Assembly (NCBI GenBank): GCA_977862235.1
Contig: OZ374563.1
Coordinates: 248,001 to 312,000 of the forward strand
Reading direction: 5' to 3'
Source of the DNA: Dudresnaya verticillata
Lineage: Eukaryota
Length of the DNA: 64,000 nt
Shown here one piece after another: positions 59,482-64,000 of this stretch; the stretch's first letter is position 1; every line of letters starts with the position of its first letter. The notes below the pieces were generated by a model that worked only from the letters and a program-made list of their open reading frames with translations, did no database searches and was not told the DNA's origin. The position numbers and the translations under genes are program-made.

Positions 59482-62400
59482 GTTCCTCTCGGCGCGCGAC
59501 TCAACCTGTATAGTCTTGTGATTTTTCAACAGGTCATAATGACAAGTCGCTTGCCGGTTTTGTCTGTTCTCAAGTCTTTGTCGAGTTCACACTTGCTCAT
59601 TGTAACGTTTCCTGCTATAAGGATGATGATGAACCTGCGCTTGTCTGCACGAGAATTTCAATGGGGGCTTGGCAGACGGGCCGATAGTACGGGGCCTTGT
59701 TTCTCGTCTTCGAGAACGGGCCTCTGTTCATCAGCCTCATTCTCACGAAACACGAAACAGGCCGCTCCAGGTTTGTTTTGGCCGCAGAAAATCCGAAAGG
59801 ACATCTGAGTCTGTGCGGGCAGGCACACTAGTTAAACATCTCGAGGCCCGTCCGCATTTTGCTTGTTTCTGGCCAGGGTTGCGACTGCGAATGGGTCCGC
59901 CACAGTTGTGTGCTTTTGGTCCATGAAGTTCTCGATGCCCTTTAGCCATATGTAACAGATACAATGCGACCGTGATCATCTGTCGCATACTTCTCCATTC
60001 TTTCGATCATGCTACGAACTAAGACACCTGCCCTATGGTCCACATGTATGATAAACGGCTTCTCGACATCTTTAACAAGGAAAGAAACATTGCCACACTT
60101 CTTGTGGTAAACTCATACACAGAAAGAATTACGAATGCTTCTACCTTATGGGCAGACGTCCCAGCCCTCAAAATATTGCTTGACTGCTGATCTGCCACGA
60201 AGCTCTCAGCCGTGAACAGCACCATGCTGTCTGCTTGAAACGAAAAGTCCTTCGCGATTCCAAAGTCGCAGGATATCACAGGGTTAGTGAGCGAAATTAG
60301 CTTACCCCCTATTGTTCTCTTTGCTTAGGAAGCATCCAGCACATGTTTCTGTTGCGCTTTTAAGGTTGGGCCTCTTGACGACCTTTATACATTTCATTCA
60401 AATAGAACGACAGAAGGTATCCAGCTTTTCTGCGGGCTCTTCTCATCCTCTTGCACAACGGTCACCACTATTCCCTGTTGGGAGAAACCCACTATTTTGT
60501 AAAGGCTACCAGACTGATATAGGTGCCCCGTATGGGTGAGTTATGGGCTTTCAAATTCCTCGGTCAAGTCGTTCACAACTCAACTCGAGAGAAAGCAACA
60601 AAGACACCAACCATGGATTTACACAATCTGCTCAAGTGATCCAATTTCTTATCCAAGGCTTGAAGTATAGAGAGGAAAACATTAAAGAGAAGAATTCAAG
60701 TGGGCTACTTTGTTAATCTAAGTAGATAAAGAGGGACTATGAGGCACAACATACAATGGACGGCGAGTGACACTAACTATAATACATTGAAGAACCAAGG
60801 AAGTAACTTTGATTAATGTGGAGAGCTTCTCGGATGCCGGAGAGGCACCCTTCATGGCGGTAATGAAATTGGCAATGCGTTGTACTCCCAACTCAAATCC
60901 AACGCCAATACGGCCCTAAATATCCATGACCGTGGGATGGAGGTCCATTTGTAAACGACTACACACTCAACGATAATGTGAATGCTTCTGACGCTCTCAG
61001 GAAAGAATTGCATTTCCAGAAAGGCGGGTTGGTGAAGACGGATGGGAATGGGGAATGACTACAGAGGCGTCAGATTTGCCGTGAAATCCTTGAGGACGAG
61101 GTGCGTAACGCCGATCGTCCGCATATAAATTCATACGTAGATCTTCGTGACCGTCCGGGGCGGTCCCGAAAGAAAAACGAACGGGATAGCGGGCATCACG
61201 GAAGCACCCAGACGACAATCGAGAAGTAGCTGAAATAAGGTTCCCTGGACCATGTTCGTCACCTGTAATCGAAGTGATATTCAGTGCATCCGCGATACCG
61301 TGATGATGAGCGAGGGTTTGAAAGAAGGATGCCAATTGGTCACGGAGGTGGTTATGGCGGCGGGTATGAATATCCATATTCCCCTCCCATGCCTGAAAAA
61401 CTGCCGCGTGGTGAGCATATACGTCAAGAAGAGGAACGGGGGAGTGGCGTACCCGACTGCACAGCTCGCACAGGGGTCGGTACCGGAGAATATGGGAACA
61501 CCAACCCGAAGCTTATAAGCATGGTGAGCCAAAGCTCTGGTGCAACGCGGTTGATGGAGGAAGCATATGGAAGCTGATTGAAACAACGGCAAGCATTGTC
61601 GAAGCGGTAGACTGCAGGATAATACGGCTTCGGAGAGATTCCGAAGAAGTGCCAATCGGTTTGGCTAGCATGGCTCTTGTGCCAGAATGGGAGCGTACAG
61701 TTCAGACTGTATGGTTTGTCCACATGTGGGAGATCGAGCACGAAGAAAGTCGGCATAGGACTCGGGCTGGAAGAGGAATTGTTATCACAGAAACCAAGAG
61801 ATTGTGAAATAGTGCGGGAGTCAACCTTCTCAAGCTCCTGTTCAGCTGCGCCGCCACCAGCTATTGGACGTGTGATTACATATGCTTCCATGCGAAGGAG
61901 TCTTTTTGTCACGTAGAATAAGCTGACCGAGGGTTCGGAAAACTTTTGTTATGGATCAGAACCGTCTCGGGTGATGGATTACCTTGGAAATTGGCAATGC
62001 TCTGATCTGTAGGTTGAATGAGTTCGCGAAAGGAAGCTGGGGCGCTTAAAAGGTCGATTAATCCTTGGTACAAACGTTTGATGCAAACGATTATCAAACG
62101 ATGTATGCAACCCTATGGCTCATCGCTCGGGTACAGTACGCCCTGTGCAAAATTTTGCAGCTGCACTACTCATTCAGGTGGAAGGCGCTAGGTGCAACGT
62201 ATTGCATGAGATGTAATCGACCCCCTGCATTGTAGAGAGGGCAGGGTATACCCAGATTTTCCTATCTTCAGCACGGACCACGCCCTGCAAATGCGATCAC
62301 TGACGGCTGGCTTCGTCTCTCAACTACCTCGGTACCAGGTGTCATCATACTGGCAATCAACCGCCGCCAGCTCGCCTTTTGCTTGCAGTCAGCGCTAAAT

Positions 62401-62581
62401 GAAACACGGTAATGCCCCTCTATGAAGAGAAGTAAAGCTTCCCATTCGTTCCATTTGTGGCCACTTCAGTTTGACCACTCATTGTGTATAGGTCTCCGCG
62501 AGCCCATCCTTGCTCACCCGGGCGCGTCCGTGCCGTAGAAGACTCAGCTTCTTGGGCTAAATTCTAAGCTTCTCTGCAGCT

Positions 62582-62990
62582 CTCAGATCTCCTTGCTTTT
62601 CGCAGCATTCCTGAACAGCTGCTCTGCTCGCAGGGCGTCTGCTGGAATATTTCCAGCTCCTTCTTCCAGGAGGATGCCCAAGTAGAACCAGGCTTCCGCG
62701 CGTCCGCTCTACGTTGCACACTCAAAGAACTCCTTAGCACGCTGTGGGTCTTTCGGAACCCCCTTGCATCCATTGTCATACGTCAGCGCCAAGTTGACCA
62801 GAGCATCACCATAACCGCTTTCGATCGCGCCCTTGTAGAGCCGCACAGCACGCGGGATGTCCCTGCCTAATCCTGGCACATTGTGGAGAAGCTGGCCTGC
62901 GAGATTGTTTCTCTCACACAGGTCGCCATTCTCAATGGCGCCCTCGTAGATTTTGGATGACGCGGGAAACATTCCCTTCCACAACGACAC
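62582..62990 (-). pseudogene. Sel1-like repeat protein remnant with an in-frame stop
   Basis: DIPRAVRLYKGAIESGYGDALVNLALTYDNGCKGVPKDPQRAKEFFECAT*SGRAEAWFYLGILLEEG; the repeat continues across the TAG at 62709-62711. Confidence 0.8.
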
Positions 62991-63125
62991 TGTACCATGC
63001 AGGGCACAGGCACCTCCGCGTTAAACATCCGTGATTTGTTTGTTTATCATTTTTACGTTTGGCAGCGTTGGCTTCGAATTCTCGTGGAACACGTAATTTG
63101 GTGGTACCGTAGAACATTTGTCGCC

Positions 63126-63163
63126 GGGGTATTCAACACTAACAAGATGGTGTTGAATACCCC
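63126..63163. repeat. Perfect 14-bp stem hairpin
   Basis: ggggtattcaacac-taacaagatg-gtgttgaatacccc. Confidence 0.9.
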
Positions 63164-63692
63164 AGCTGAGCATAAGTTCGTCTCATGTCGTGCACGTCGG
63201 TTTAATTTAAATGTTTGTCGTCTCAGTCGCTGAAGTTGTACCCTGCGGGAAAGCCCCTATCAGACTCTAAATAATGTTGCATAGCTGCCATGCTGTAGCA
63301 GCGTGGTTCTATTGAGCGGTTGGAGAGCGGCGTTCTGCAGCAGATCAATCCTTGTCACGATGATGTCGAATGAAGATTTGCCTGGAATGGAGATGACATG
63401 TTTTTTGAACGCGGCGTGCAACAGCAATCCATTCCGGTGACGGGGCCCCATTGTGAAGAATTGGAACTCGAGACAGAAGAACAACAAGGAAGCCACATGA
63501 TCATCACCCATCATACCGAGACCACTGCATCGTTGCCAGTTCGTCCTCGGGCACTTCCTCTCCGCTTTAAACCATCCATGGATATTCGAGCAGACCCTAC
63601 GCTATTCCTAGTCCTACCCCGCACCCGCCGAACCCGAGCCCTTCCCTGCAGCGCAACTGCTCACTTCATTCCCCCGGAAGCTGTCATCCAAC

Positions 63693-64000
63693 ATGCCTTG
63701 CCCTCACTCCTTCACCACGCTCTTCCATCAAACATCCTTCGCCTCCGACGGACCGACCGTGCAGCAAGCGCGCGAGGAGAAGAGCGTGCACGACACACGG
63801 ATGTCGTTAGCACAAGCCCAGCAAATGCAACAGTCTACGATGCAGATGGCTGCCAGCATGCAGGGCGGCATCCCGCTGATTGCCCCGCCGGTCGAGATGC
63901 CGACATTCTCACCGGCCGTTGTGCGGAAGCCCACTGACGCCTCAATGCGCCTCTCCAAGATCAAACCACTGCTGCGCGAGTACGGCTCATACACATGCCC
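63693..64000 (+). CDS. 5' part of an unidentified CDS running off the window
   Basis: MPCPHSFTTLFHQ...KIKPLLREYGSYTC is open to the window end and is preceded by a C-rich leader like other genes here. Confidence 0.5.
   Translation, partial: MPCPHSFTTLFHQTSFASDGPTVQQAREEKSVHDTRMSLAQAQQMQQSTMQMAASMQGGIPLIAPPVEMPTFSPAVVRKPTDASMRLSKIKPLLREYGSYTC

Noticed and set aside
60997..62100. Gly/Arg-rich fragments suggestive of a retroelement gag or an RNA-binding gene
   Set aside because: No CCHC knuckle, protease, RT or LTR was detected, and the frames are heavily interrupted.
1..64000. tRNA, rRNA or intact autonomous mobile elements
   Set aside because: No cloverleaf, rRNA signature, or intact RT/integrase/transposase ORF was recognised by eye; tRNAscan-SE, Infernal and RepeatMasker would be needed to confirm absence.

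Overview
Eukaryotic nuclear DNA, most likely from a red alga (Rhodophyta, probably a florideophyte). This is inferred from mostly intronless genes, a few short GT-AG introns, an MAF-type plastid transit peptide and decayed Sel1-repeat genes. The first ~42 kb is gene-poor. It holds isolated intact genes among degenerate transposon and pseudogene remnants: a phosphatidylserine-decarboxylase-family enzyme, an unknown protein with an internal exact ubiquitin C-terminal motif, two tiny signal-peptide ORFs, a type II membrane SAM methyltransferase, a tandem SPOC/MED25-ACID-like protein and a fucosyltransferase-like glycosyltransferase. From ~42.3 to 56.8 kb lies a very compact GC-rich island: an embryogenesis-like mitochondrial protein, USB1, a prokaryote-type glycogen debranching enzyme, p24, ADA2, a four-repeat hnRNP-Q AcD/NURR protein, UTP11, an OEP80-like Omp85, a plastid membrane protein and a stand-alone PAH protein. 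The best leads are a candidate bicistronic locus (5 nt between a stop codon and the USB1 ATG), the ubiquitin-tail fusion protein, a possible secreted-peptide family and the unusual domain architectures. All family calls come from recognising motifs by eye; no searches were run.
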